From: Phoronis australis
Taxonomy: Eukaryota > Animalia > Phoronida
Assembly (NCBI GenBank): GCA_002633005.1
Contig: NMRA01000011.1
Coordinates: 1,028,855-1,092,854, forward strand
Length of the DNA: 64,000 nucleotides
Reading direction: 5' to 3'
Below the pieces are notes generated by a model. That model was not told the DNA's origin, did not search any database, and saw only the letters and a program-made list of their open reading frames with translations. Shown piece after piece: positions 50,001 to 63,215 of this stretch. Every line of letters starts with the position of its first letter. The first letter of the stretch is position 1. A program made the translations under genes and the position numbers.

Positions 50001-53000
50001 GGGAAGATGACCCCTGTAGCCAATAGCTTACACGACTGATTAACTTCATTCTGGCGTTTATGGTTGGAGGGTCAGCTCTCTTTTGTTCAGTAATTACTCT
50101 AATCTCCAAGAAGATCGTATCTAGCCTGACTGGGCTGTGCTGTTAAGAATAAAAGTATAACATATTTGAACATAAACCAATAGCATTTCTGAATTCCTTG
50201 TCAAATGCTGATCATGCTTGGTTTTTGAATCGCTAAAATCGCCCAACTACAACCGACGTTTCGACAATCTATTCTTTCCGAACGGATCAATTCGCTCTGG
50301 GTTTGATTGTGTTCACATGTGGTCTGTGATAAACCTGGTAGATAATTGGCCTGCCTGTTGCCATACCTGACAAAAGACTGTGTTGGCAGTTAACAAAGGA
50401 GCTAGACGTTATCACACGCTCACAACCCTCTATGTCTTGTAAAGTCACTGAACAGGAGAACACCGTCATGTACCACTGTGCCCCCTATTTGGAATTTTGA
50501 TTTTTTTACATTTAACTTCGGAGTTCTTTGAAAGAATTTCGTGAAATTTGGCCAACAATTTTCTATTAAGTACTTGACAACACCTTTGTATTTTTTGGAT
50601 GGATTAGACGTGTTCTGTGCTACTTAGTGACCGTTTTAATTATTTTCATGCCTGTTTTAACCTCAGCCTCTCTATCTGCCAAACTGTGCAGTTGTTTTCC
50701 TTCTGACAACAGCACAACTGACATTGATTATCGGACGATTCCGACTGCAGTGGTAGGATTTTTTTCATCCACCGCTGTATCTCCTGAGGCCCTTGCAAGA
50801 TCTTTCTGAAATGTGACAAGCACGTTTATCTGAACGTGGCAAGAGATGACTACTTGTTCCGCACAGATTCGACTACTGATGTGCCTCAATGTGCCAATTC
50901 TATTTTCTTATATTTGCCTCTAGGACATATTCAAAATTCTTGGACAGATTTTCATGAAAGTTTGCAAAATTTTTTCTGTAAGGAAGATGATATGGTCGTT
51001 TTCAAAGACATTTGACTTGTTCTCTATCACCTAGTGACCATTTTTGATACTAATAAATACCCAAAGAAGCATTCCATTAATGGTGCAGTCGTGGTTGCTA
51101 TTGTTTAGTTTCAAACCATGCCTATTACCAGACATTGTTTTGAGAAAATGTGAGCATTTTCAACAATTTTAGAAACCTATTAAAATGATTAAAAAATCAG
51201 GTTCAGCTATTGATTTTGTGTCAGAGTTCTGTAATGAGATTTGACCGTAATGATATTTCTTGAAACTAAGTTGATGCTCTGTAACGATACTCTCTCTACT
51301 AGTGGAACTACTTTTGAGTCACGGTGCAGATCCCAACATGACAGATGTACTGGAGAACACGCCTCTACATCTTGGTAAGTGCGTATGCGATGCCAATGAG
51401 AAAACTATTCTTTGCAAAGAGCCAGTGCATACAAGGAGCTCACAGCTCAATCTTGTGACAAATTGAGCTTTGTTATCATAATGACCAATTTAGTCTTAAT
51501 GACATGAAACTAATAACACCCCCTTGAAGCATACTCAAGACATTTCAACGCTTTACTTTGCTTTTGAATAGACTGGTGCCAACAAGTATTTCTTTAACTG
51601 CAGTTGATCATGGTATGAGAGTTCAGTGAAGTCGTAGTTGAGCTGTATCCAACAGTTGCAGAAAATCACTACAACAGCTGTAATCCAATGATACACAAGC
51701 TTATGAATACTGTACTTGATCTGAGTTGTCTTGAACAGTTTACTTTATGTTAGATGTAATTCCCACTTCATAACAAGCAGGAGCAACAGCCAAATTCGAT
51801 AGAGACTAGACAGGATAAACAAGCAGCTGAGTAACATTCTTTGAGTTAGCTAGTTCATGGGATGTGACTGGTCAGTTTTTTAGTCGGGTTGAAGTTTGTT
51901 TTATTGAGCTGAGATATTCTCTTACTTGTCAGTGTCTCAAAACTATGGACTGGTTTGTTCATCTGCTCTCATTGAATTTTGTTGTATTGATAGTTGATGT
52001 TCTAAAATGCTGATCTGTCTTTCCATCAGCTGCCTGTGTTGCCAATATCCCAGTCATCACTTGCTTGTTGAAGGCTGGTGCACGCGTTGACGCTCTTGAC
52101 AGTTCACGGCGGTCTCCACTACGACTCGCCAGGGGGCGCCTTGACATGCTCCGCAAGAACTTGTCACTCACGACACAACAGTTTGTTCGTGAAGTGAATC
52201 AGGTGAGTTTTGTTGTTATATGGTTTTTACGTGTGACAGATTCAAGAAAGGGCTAGCATGCATCAGAGGTGCCTTGACCCTCGAGTTCAGGTTTTGCTGT
52301 GCCAAGAAGGCATTTCTGACTGTATTCCAGTCTATTGCCTCTGCACTCCTGCGAGAGTTTTGCTCCATTGCGGACTGCCATAGAGATGGTTGAGTGGGCC
52401 AAACACTACTCTTCACTTAGTTTTTGTTTGTCACATTTCTGCCTTCAAAAATCAGTACAGTGTTCCAGCCTATGACTTTAGGCCAGTTCTTGAAAAAATT
52501 TTACGGGTGTGATGTGACAACTTCCTAGCAGATTTTTACCAGTTCGCTAGACTAAAATTTTAAGGTTGCATTGACGACCAGCAAGACGCCAAATTGAGCC
52601 CTGAACATGGTAATAATATAGTCATTTGAAAGATTTGTAATTAATTTTAACTTGAAAATTTGTCATTGTTGAAAGTGTTCTGCCTCCACATGGCTTAATC
52701 TGTACCTCTAAATCTGCCAAGTTACCAGTGTGTGTGTGCGTGCGTGCATGTGTGTCTTCCACCCGGGATCTTAGAAAATTCTCTATACTGACTGTTGATG
52801 TTTACAAAAAAATGTTCATCACAGCATGAGCTGATGCATGTCAAAATTAATATGTGTCCTAATTGTGCAGTTGATTAGTGTAATGGGCCTGGTCTTGTGA
52901 CCTAAAGACGCCTGATGTACCGCAAAAGGCATCAGGCCACCTGCACTCTTTTTTATTTCTGCAAAGACTGGATTTCAAATTAGCACAGCAATCACAGTTT

Positions 53001-53347
53001 GCTCACAACTTCAAACTAGCGGGCATTGACTAGTAGTATATAAACTCCCCCTAAATTTTCATGTTTTGTATGCCAATGATGAGCTTATAAACACTGCGTA
53101 AAGGACATAAAAGACACGTCATAATTTATTTGTTAGGTATATGTGCTGAGCTGAGTGGTCATTCTGTACCTAGGTCATTGACATGATGAAACAGTACGCC
53201 CTGGCCTCAGGTACTAACCCGTCACAACTGGACATGTTGTGTGACCGCTTCCAGCATCAGTCTTCACTGCATGATGTCGACGTCCTTGATCGACTCTTAG
53301 AAGACCTCTCTACTCTCCACATAGACAAGACCAAGCCTGACACATGA
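47039..53347 (+). CDS. ANKRD54: Ankyrin repeat domain-containing protein 54 orthologue, 254 aa, 6 coding exons
   Basis: Exons 47039-47237, 48269-48316, 48846-48944, 51303-51374, 52030-52202 and 53174-53347 join in frame with GT-AG junctions (765 nt). Protein: GKIR...DERKRTALHMCAAKGN...[34 protein letters not shown]...RSPLRLARGRLDML...EVNQVIDMMKQY...LLEDLSTLHI, which is characteristic of ANKRD54. Confidence 0.92.
47781..48190 (-). mobile_element. Possible decayed Harbinger (HARBI1-like) transposase fragment in ANKRD54 intron 1
   Basis: VRHICSLVGVSRVTC (HTH-like), ILRLPDINERQE and AIRDGPIVIH (GAIDG.HI-like). Heavily degenerate. Confidence 0.3.
49250..51000. repeat. Array of degenerate dispersed core repeats (e.g. 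CTCTGTATCTGCCAAACTG, GGACAGATTTTCATGAA, GATCTTTCTGAAAT), non-autonomous element-like, in ANKRD54 intron 3
   Basis: The motifs recur near 49557/50649, 49797/50942 and 49703/50799. Confidence 0.5.
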
Positions 53348-55232
53348 CGGCATATCCAAGCCGGGACGACGATAAGTAGTCGAATTTTCCAAAAAAAGAT
53401 TAATGTGTCATTCTTGAGACGGATGTTCAATCCAAAGGGTTTTGTCTTTAGTGGTAAATGTGTTATGAATTTGCCAGAGCACATTATGAGCTTAACACTC
53501 TGCTATGTTTCCCATTGAGAGTAGCTTAGTATGCCACCAGGTGGCAGTTGGCTCATTGCTTAGATGTAAAACGTTGGCAATGCCTCCAAATCATTTCTCA
53601 TGTGGGCTTTATTGCAATGGTTCTCAGAAAATGCACCAACTTGTAACCTTTGTCCAGCACTCCCATGCTGGTGATTACAAAGTGTTTATGAACCACTGTT
53701 CAATACGATGATACCAGACTGGAGAATTTTCATTGCAGCTGAAAGATGTATTATTCTGGATGAGCATTAATACATGGAAATTCAGTTTTCAAGGCCTAGG
53801 CCTTGAAACCTTGTTGCGTTTTCTTTTCTACTTTTGTGCAAATTCTGGATAACTGTCTATTAATCTAATCTCGAGCGCACAATGGCTTACGTGAGTAATA
53901 TTCTAAACTGAGTTTGCACTCGATGACTCTAGCATTAAAACTAGAAGTTGGAGTCTAAGTCGTAATGTACTCCAGCACTGACTAGCATCAGCACTTACCT
54001 TGGATTCGCACAAAAGTAGAATAGAATAGAAAATGTGTACAGCGTGTCATTATGTGTATGGATTAGACTATTCCACTAAAGCTGGATCAGCAATTATTGT
54101 GTTTGAACTCAATATAATTCTTTGAGACTTTGTGTAAGTGTTGGTCCTGTTGTTAGTGCTGATTGATAATCTTAAGGCATCTGTTTGTTAAAATTCTTGG
54201 GAGATGTATAATCTTGACTTTTAATTTAACATCATGACGTTATCTTTCATAAAATCTTGCTGCGTGAAATAACAGATCGTTAAGCTAATGAGCTGATGAA
54301 TTAGCTACTCTGTACGTGTGTCGGCTATGCAATGAATGCAAACTGTTTCGGCTTTGCAATGATTGCAAACCATTTCATTAGCGTTATTTCTGCCATTGGT
54401 GGAAAGAATTGTGTGAAAGACTGAACAATGATTATCTCGAGGTCACAAGTGTTTTAGGTTAGGACCTTATTGTCAAAGTCTGTATATTAAGCCAAATATC
54501 TCCAAAACTATAGACTTTAAGTCAAGGAAAGTGTGTATTTTCTGAGTGTATAAATTCTTTAGAATTTGAATTTTGACTTTATACCAATCTACCATTAATT
54601 AGGGTGTGTGAGCTTTTTAGGAAAATTTTGCAAAAAAGAACGGTATGTTCATAACAAAACAACTGGATCAACACCAAATTTCACATAATAGAGATGTGCG
54701 TGGTAAAATCTCAAAAACGCTGTAGTTTTCAAAATTAATGTTTCATTTTCGTTTTCTAGAACTACAAAAATTTCTCATAAAAATCATGCAAGCCCTAGTT
54801 TTTGATCGCCCCTCGTTCAAAGATGGAACATCAGTGTATGTGTACACAGCATGGTGTCTGGAAGTTCAAAATGAATCTGATCAGACATTTCTGAGGTTCA
54901 ATCTTCTGAAGTTGGCCAAACCTGGACATTTTTCTAGAGTCCTACATTACATTAAAATTGGAAATTAGTAAAGAGTTGGATTTAGTGGCCAGTGTTACAA
55001 CACAGCTTACAACTTGCAAGTTCTGTAACAAAACTAGAGAGAAGAGAACATTTATCAAAATTGTCTATTTGTCCAATATGTCACATTTACTGTGTCATTT
55101 CTCAGTCAGAAAGTATATGATGTCTAGTTCACCCAAAGCATTGTAGCAGTTGATTCTGTGATGACATTAAAACCCAACTTTCAACACAACACAAGGTGAC
55201 ACGACTGTGTAATGATTCACTATCAACCTTCA

Positions 55233-55530
55233 CTACTGGACGTAATGATTTCTTTCATGACGTTTCTGCTTCTTATGCCTGTAGAGGGAGGCATTGCGTT
55301 TGTACGACTTGCCGCATTCACAACAAAAAGTAGTGTCCTCGTGCTGTGACGCAATATGTTGCTTCAGGCTCACTCTTTCCATGAAACATTGATTGCAGAT
55401 AGGACACTGAATCGCCTTGGTTCCTGAGCACAATACTTCATCTTGTGTTTTCTTGTATTGGTCAAAAAACATCTTGCCACATCCAACACTCAGTCATGGG
55501 CAGGTAAAGGTCTTGTGGAAATAAAATGTG
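55233..55530 (-). pseudogene. C2H2 zinc-finger array remnant (3 fingers) next to a BEL/Pao insertion
   Basis: FTCP*LSVGCGKMF...; CPICNQCF...LKQHIASQH; CECGKSYKRNASLYRHKKQKRH. In-frame stop in the first finger. Confidence 0.7.
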
Positions 55531-55544
55531 ATGTGACTCGCTGA

Positions 55545-56850
55545 CTTGCCCTTAGTCCCTAGTCCCGCAGGACCATTTAGGGACCACCCTAGGAAGGTTC
55601 TGGAGGCAAAGTTGTCACCCTTCTTCCTTTTTCAAACTTCCAGGGTTACTAATGTCTCCGAATTGTCTTGTCCAATCAGGATCTCTTTACGCACGTTTCC
55701 CTTCGCTAGGGGGGGACCTTTCAAATGGGGGTAGTGATCAACATCTACTAGGGGATGTCTGCAGAGATATTGTCCATAACATAAACATTCGACATCGAGA
55801 GTTTATCTTTGCCGCTTTGAATATCCAAATGTATCTCAACACATTTGTTGTTTTCTCCTCGTCGTTGTGACTCAGAGTACTCAGACTCAGGGCGGGTTGT
55901 CCTTTCAGTCGTAGGGTGTCAGCCATGCCCTTGACACAAAAGCTGCAAGTGGAGGCACTATCCAGTTGAGTGTGATAATTTCCACTGAAGCATACCGGTA
56001 CAATCGGCAGGTGCACGGTGGTCGATTTTGTCCTTGTGTTGCAGTTCGTCGCCTTGTTGCCCTGTGCTTCTTCCTCCTCACGAGAGATGTGGAGAAATTT
56101 TGTGTGCTTCTTGCCGTAGCCCTGCACTGAGGGTTTTCTAAAAAATTCTGTGGAGTGATTATACGAACCAAGCAATTCTCCCACAGGAGATGCTTGGATA
56201 CAATCTATTTTCTGTCTGATGTTTTCATATCTTTAAATTGCTGACAATACAAAGCCGATGGCTGTCGCCACATAATAGGCATGGCTGTTCTGGTCTTGGA
56301 CTGGGATTCGCAGAACGTATCGCCGTCTGCAATGTTGTATGTCTCTGGTGTAGTGGTTCTTGTCTTCTAATGCTAGACCTTCCATTTCTAGCGATATTTC
56401 GGACACAAACTCGACAAACATCCCCAGGTCTGGGTAGACTCCCTCTTCTCTCTTTTTATCGAGGGCTCGCTTCTTCCACCTGTTTTGAACAAATGGTGGA
56501 AATCTGCCTAACATTTCCAGTATTGAGGATTACGTGTCAAGTTCGAGAAGCCTGCCCATTTTCTTAAGGATGACAAACCGGTTTGCCAACTCGTCAGCAA
56601 AACTACGAGTTTTCGACGGAGTTTCCAAGAAGCTTCCCTTTTTTATCCCGCATCAGCCTTTCAGTTACAATGTTATCATTGCCGAATCCTGCTTCGAAAA
56701 TGCCTGCTGCCTTCTTGTACCCGTATATATTCGCCACCGATGAGGGCACACATGAATTAAATGATGAGAGTTTGACTTTAAAGTGACTTTATTATTCACT
56801 GATGCAGTAACCGTGAATAACTTTTGCCCTAGTGACTTGTGCGCACGAAA
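55545..56850 (-). mobile_element. BEL/Pao LTR retrotransposon remnant (gag plus aspartic protease)
   Basis: Gag RFPPFVQNRWKKRAL...YPDLGMFVEFVSE; Cys/His knuckles ending GKKHTKFLH; VHLPIVPV...QLDSASTCSFC (protease LDSGS); LIGQDNSE.L..LEV..G......A.RT.LGWSL.GP. Confidence 0.88.
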
Positions 56851-57289
56851 GTAGTTATGGATAGTCTTAACCTTGATTCTCTCACGTCAATACATGTGTA
56901 GATGACACTTAATTTTAGTTAGATTGACCTTGAATATTTCACTAAAAATACATTCCTTGAATGACACTAGACAAGATGGTTGTCGTAATAGTCAGGAAAC
57001 AATCCCAAGACTCAGACGACTCAGATAACTAGCACCTGTCACGTGACCGCTTCTCTCCAGCTAAGCTGCAAAGCTCGAGTGGGTCAGTATCAAAGACATT
57101 TTTACAAACTAAAACATGAAAAAAGTCGAAATAAATTGGACTACATCAACGCATTCTTAATCATAATTGCATTAACAAAATAACACTTTGTTATTGTATC
57201 TCGGCGGCAAGTAGAAAATTGAAGACTCGGGCCCAGCGGCCAACTTGGCCCGGGTTTGCATGAGGGATCAAACAAAAGAGCTTCACATA

Positions 57290-57620
57290 TCATTCACATC
57301 CCACGTTTCCAAGGAATAACTTACCAGTTATGGTTGAATTTCCCTTCAGAAAGTGTTTTTCTTTCTTATGCTTCATTGTTTTCAGGTGGTCCTCCAAGGC
57401 GACTCGGCCATGCACGCACGCCGTAATTGATGTCCCCCTGGCAGAGTGTACAATGAGCAAATCCTGACTTTTTTGTTTGCGAATGTATTGGCCGATTCTT
57501 TCGTCCACTTCTTCCACAAAATATTCCGTCCACTCCCACCTCCACACATTTTTGGCCGCAGAATCGCAGTATAGTCCGGATACCTATCGTCGTCAGGCTC
57601 CAAAGGTCGTCCGCCATCTT
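57290..57620 (-). mobile_element. hAT transposase N-terminal BED-like zinc-finger fragment
   Basis: WRWEWTE...IGQYIRK...GFAHCTLCQGDINYG.RGRVALEDHLKTMKHK, with a gtaag donor near 57320. Confidence 0.65.
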
Positions 57621-58494
57621 GTTTCGCGTGCAGCGCAGCCACGCGGGACTCAGCGTTCCAATTTGGAGTGCTCGTCTGCACGTTAGGTACTAACCTCTCG
57701 GGAGAAACACGCATGGAAGAACTGAGACTAAAATTAATGCATTTACCAACTGCTNACCATACCCGTGACCTGTAGTGGTACGACACTCGTGACACTGACC
57801 TATTTTCAAACACGTGGGCTGAAAATATTTGGCACGCGATTTGGCAACCAGAAATTACACCATACAAAGAGATGAGAATGAGATATCAGATGGCACATCG
57901 GTTCACGCATTCATTTGCTATTGTTGTCTTATCACACTATTCATGGGAGCTAAAATTTACATCAACATGTCAAAAAAGTGGAAAATGCTCACCGTTTTTC
58001 ACCGGGTTGTCTGCTCGACATTTTGCTTGGTTTTCTGTTGTCGCCGTCTGAGGTCGCTAAAAGTAATCACTCTTTTGGGTGGCAAGCATACGTAGTTTGG
58101 CGGGAAAATACGTGGTGCGATAATGATAACTGGTACGGAACCGGTAACTTTCCCCTATTTCAGGGACCACCCACGTGTGAATGCTGTACATCTAAATGTC
58201 GTGGAAGCTTTTCTTGCCTGACATGTTCTTGGGTGACTGTGTGTGCAGACATTTCGAATTTTCTATTTCTTTCACAAAGGTAGATGTTGTCTTAAGAACG
58301 CTTTGTTCCAGAAGGACTTCACAGAGACATCAGTAAAGTGATACGATTTACCCATTTCCAAGGCGTCTGCTTCTCCCATAAGCTCCTTCGCTTCCTTTTG
58401 TTTAGTAAGTTTTAAGTCAGTGGCACTGGCTTGAATTTCTACGGTAAAATCCCGTCACTTTCGGTGACCCGTCATTTTGGGACAACAAAAGTTA

Positions 58495-60760
58495 GGGGAG
58501 AGTGGGGTAAAACGGCACCCTTAACTTAAAGATCGATTACCCAAAAGTATACAATGTATGTACAATGAATTAATCATGTTCGAAGAGCCCAAGACAGATT
58601 TGACTTTTTGTGGGGTGCTGGACCGTTTTACCCTACCTTGCGGTTAAGACGGTCACTGCAGTTGGGTAAAACGACCCTGCTACTACGAACACAGATTAAA
58701 TGTAATCACCGATTTATACAACGAAATTTCATAACAAAAGTCTTTTTCTTCTTTATTTTTATATCATACATTATACAGTATGGGTTCTTAGCTTTTAAAA
58801 ACTTAACATGACGAAACTGGCAGTTTACATTTAATGTAGCAACGAACAATAAATTTTCCACCACGAACAGTAGCTAGAGGCAGAGGTCACAGACGTAATC
58901 TTCGTCTTCGCTATCTACCCCCCGCACATTGGTCATGGGCCCATTTTTTGCAACTTGAGCACTTGATCCAGCCGTCATCATCGCATGTTTCTTCGCAGAA
59001 TATGCAGGCCTGGTCATTGCTTTCATCATCATTGATGTCGCCAACTGCTTTCTTCTCTTCTGACTTTTTGGTGCTTTGCGCGTTGATGCAGAAAGTCTTT
59101 TTTCTTCGAACCAGTCATTCCTTTTCTTTCTAAACGTTTTCTCTTCCGCTCTTCCATTTTTCAGTCGTCTTCCGTTTTATTTTGACAGCGTCCTCAAGCG
59201 TTTTCTTGTACGGGCTGCTAGTAAGATGAGTTGCTGAGCTGTTTGAGCGCTTGCCTTTGTCCTTTCCCTTTCCTTGCTATGGTTGTGCATGCGGTACCTC
59301 AAGTATGTTGGCTGGAGACACTACGTGGTTTCATGACTTGTTCTCGGGAGTTTATTGCCAAACGAATCATTGGCCGTTTCATTTAAACCTCCCATCGTTT
59401 TCCGCCGACTGGAGGCTGGTATCAGCTGGTGCTTGCTCATCAGATTGGTGGTCAACAACAATGACCTCTTCTTGGTGGCAAGTATTGTCAGTGACAAATG
59501 AAGGTGCAAAATCATGATCCTGGAAAACGTGGCGATTGACTGGATAAATGCCTGTTTTCCAGAAACCATTTGCAGCAATTAGACCTGTCGTGGACTACTT
59601 CAGGTATGCCTCGTTGAACAGTTTGGCAACTTGAAACGTTGTTACTGTTCTCCCTGGATTGTTTCGCATCCAAACTTCTATCGCATGGTTGTAATACGTG
59701 GACAGCGGTTTCATGAATGATACATCGAGCGGCTGCAACCGATGCGTGCAGTGAGCAGGAAGGCACAGCATATGCACACCATGGCCTCTTGTTGGTCATG
59801 TGTGATGAGTGCTCGTCTAGCACTAACAGTACTGAGTTTTCTTTCGTTGCTCCAACAACTGTTACAACATGTTGGAACCACTGGAAAAAGCTTTCAGTTT
59901 ATATCCAACCACTTTTGTGACAAGTTTAGATGGACCCGTGTGGTGCTCCATTTATCAGCTCCATTTTCATTCGCTGGCGCGGAAAAACAAACATGGGAGG
60001 CACAAGTGTGCCCGTGGCACTCACACAGATTTCAACTGTCACTAATTTACCGCGTTCCGCCGATGTGATGCTTCCGACTTGTTTCTTTCCTCTAAGCGCT
60101 ATAATTTGCGAAGGCCTGGATTGTACGGTGGAGAGTCCCGTCTCGTCCACGTTGTAAACACGGTCAGGTGCAAAGTTGAAGTCATCCATTAGTTTCTCAA
60201 GGACATCAAAAAACGTAGACGATAACCTTGTTGAACCCACGTGCTCTCTTAAAGCTGACGTTGCCTCTGGTGTACGGATGGCAGTATGCCGAGATAAAAA
60301 CCCATAAACCCAGTCCTTTCCAGCCATGTTGTTACTGAATCGATGTGGTATTCCATTTTTCTCTGCCAACTGATAAGCAAGAAGTCGGATGTCTTTAATG
60401 CCAATGCCAAGCATTGTTTCTTCAAGCCTCAGTACATGCTGCGCCAATTCACGAATACTTTTGTTGAAAACATGAATAGGAAATACACTGATGGCTTCAA
60501 ATTTTCGTTGTTACGCTACTGGCATGTGTTGTGGTTTCGATTTGTTATCGGTAGGTGGATGCTATTCCTGGCCGAGGCTGCGTCGCCCAGGAGGGCCTTT
60601 AATGCTGCTCTGTAGCTCAATTAAACATCGCCATGCAACATTTTTTTGTTGCCACTTATCTGTAAAACGCCCTTCACTGACACAGCCATTACGGCCATGT
60701 TGAAGTCTTTAGTGAAAATGTAGGATTTGCTATTGACGCCCCAATTTTTGTGTTGGAACG
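58495..60760 (-). mobile_element. pogo-like Tc1/mariner DNA transposon (HTH/CENP-B, DDE_1, C-terminal PHD finger), frameshifted; one terminus visible
   Basis: Terminus TA|GGGGAGAGTGGGGTAAAACGGCACC with subterminal repeats. Protein pieces: AYQLAEKNG...AGKDWVYGFLSRH...RTPEATS; YNVDETGL; VLDEHSSH; LPAHCTHRLQPLDV; PHD C..C...WIKC..CKKWAHDQCAG...CDLC. Confidence 0.92.
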
Positions 60761-60879
60761 AAAACGTTTAATTAAATCGGATGTATTAGTCAATACATCT
60801 GTTCAATTTTCTCAAGATGGTTGGCAATACCTTCATGTTAGTATTCATTGGCATAAGAATGTCATTATATGTTTAGCAG

Positions 60880-61165
60880 TATAGACCCTTCACAAATGTC
60901 GCACAGCTCACGCATGCAGTTAGAGAGACTTTGTACCCTTGTGTTGTGTTGTGTAGCTGCCCATTTGTCCACAAAATAATTTACTCTGTACTATTACCAC
61001 AGGTTAAAAACTAAGATTATACTTGTAACCGTGCTTCAATGCACTTATAAAATCCTGTTTCACTCTGTCATACAGTGGACGTATAGGGCCAATGGAGTTC
61101 CAATCGTTTCTGAGGTTGTAAATTATTCTAGTTTGGAGTAGTCGATTTTGACTTCTCAATAATTC
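60880..61165 (-). mobile_element. LINE (non-LTR) reverse-transcriptase C-terminal remnant, repeated at ~62290-62600
   Basis: NELLRSQNRLLQTRIIYNLRNDW...LYDRVKQDFISALKHGY...RVQSLSNCMRELCDI resembles the CIRELC-type ends of invertebrate LINE ORF2. Confidence 0.4.
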
Positions 61166-61166
61166 N

Positions 61167-62567
61167 TTCCTTTTGTTTAGTAAGTTTTAAGTCAGTGGCA
61201 CTGGCTTGAATTTCTACGGTAAAATCCCGTCACTTTCGGTGACCCGTCATTTTGGGACAACAAAAGTTAGGGGAGAGTGGGGTAAAACGGCACCCTTAAC
61301 TTAAAGATCGATTACTCAAAAGTATACAATGTATGTACAATGAATTAATCATGTTCGAAGAGCCCAAGACAGATTTGACTTTTTATGGGGTGCTGGACCG
61401 TTTTACCCTACCTTGCGGTTAAGACGGTCACTGCAGTTGGGTAAAACGACCCTGCTACTACGAACACAGATTAAATGTAATCACCGATTTATACAACGAA
61501 ATTTCATAACAAAAGTCTTTTTCTTCTTTATTTTGATATCATACATTATACAGTATGGGTTCTTAGCTTTTAAAAACTTAACATGACGAAACTGGCAGTT
61601 TACATTTAATGTAGCAGCGAACAATAAATTTTCCGCCACGAACAGTAGCTAGAGGCAGAGGTCACAGACGTAATCTTCGTCTTCGCTATCTACCCCCGCA
61701 CATTGGTCATGGGCCCATTTTTTGCAACTTAAGCACTTGATCCAGCCGTCATCATCGCATGCAGGCCTGGTCATTGCTTTCATCATCATTGATGTCGCCA
61801 ATTGCTTTCTTCTCTTCTGACTTTTTGGTGCTTTGCGCGTTGATGCAGAAAGTCTTTTTTTCTTCGAACCAGTCATTCCTTTTGTTTCTTCACGTTTTCT
61901 CTTCCGCTCTTCCATTTCTTCAGTCGTCTTCCGTTTTATTTTGACAGCGTCCTCAAGCGTTTTCTTGTACGGGCTGCTAGTAAGAAGAGTTGCTGAGCTG
62001 CCTTTGCCCTTTCCCTTTCCTTGATATGGTTGTGCATGCGGTACCTCAAGTATGTTGGCTGGAGACACTACGTGGTTTCATGACTTGTTCTCGGGGAGTT
62101 TATTGCCAAACGAGTCATTGGCCGTTTCATTTAAACCTCTCTCATCGTTTTCCGCCGACTGGAGGCTGATATCAGCTGGTGCTTGCTCATCAGATTGGTG
62201 GTCAACAACAATGAACTCTTCTTGGTGGCAAGTATTGTCAGTGAAAAATGAAGGTGCAAAATGTCATTATATGTTTAGCAGTATAGACCCTTCACAAAAT
62301 GTCGCACAGCTCACGCATGCAGTTAGAGAGACTTTGTACCCTTGTGTTGTGTTGTGTAGCTGCCCATTTGTCCACAAAATAATTTTCTCTGTACTATTAG
62401 CACAGGTAAAAAATAAGATTATACTTGTAACCGTGCTTCAATGCACTTATAAAATCCTGTTTCACTCTGTCATACAGTGGACGTATAGGGCCAATGGAGT
62501 TCCAATCGTTTCTGAGGTTGTAAATTATTCTAGTTTGGAGTAGTCGATTTTGACTTCTCAATAATTC
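61167..62567. repeat. Near-identical duplicate of 58392-61165 across the N at 61166, lacking ~1.35 kb of the pogo transposase core
   Basis: The sequence after the N restarts at the 58392 equivalent. The junction aaggtgcaaaat|gtcattatatg joins the 59512 equivalent to the ~60861 equivalent. Confidence 0.9.
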
Positions 62568-63072
62568 ATTCCAGAATGTGGCAAATAACAACGTGTGTAT
62601 TTATTGTCGAGTAAAACGCATCAAGTATACAGCGTATCAGGTAGTTAGTGCATGGAAACTGGTATACTATTATTGCAAGTAACATCATGTCAGTTAATAA
62701 TGATGACAAAGTTATGATGCATTTCCTGTATGTACATACGTCCGTGACGAAAGAACGCCTTGATCTACTTGTGGGCACCAGGAAGGTAAAGGGTGCCATT
62801 TTTCACTATTGGCCTATCAGAACTTCCCGGTTGCAGTTAATAATCACGTGACATTGTTTGAAATTAGAATGGAGTACATTTAGCTCGCGGGCATGTGTAA
62901 ATTAAACTGTTTCTTTAATCAACTTCTCTAGCTTTTCTTGTGTTTTGCAAAAGCGTTTCGAAATTTTCTTGTCAAATAATTGGTTAATAAATATGTGCAC
63001 GACAGATTTGCTTTTGTGTTTCTCGATCAGTTTATGTAAACTAATGTAGACACGTTTTGCCATTTTTCGAGG

Positions 63073-63096
63073 ATGACTTACGTCAGAGCCACGTAA
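63073..63096. promoter_or_regulatory. CRE/bZIP-like motifs upstream of the EGF gene
   Basis: TTACGTCA and CCACGTAA lie ~130 nt upstream of the ATG at 63216. Confidence 0.3.
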
Positions 63097-63215
63097 ATCC
63101 TTTCACAATGTCATCGCACTGTGCGCTGGACTCAACAACCTTTCCAGTTTCTAAGGATCGTCATCTTGATTACGCGTTCTCTGCAGCAGACGACAAAATA
63201 TAAAAATGGACAACA

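Noticed and set aside
50255-50295. Second possible hammerhead (GAAACGTCG on the minus strand)
   Set aside because: No recognisable CUGANGA/UUGANAA box at a suitable distance.
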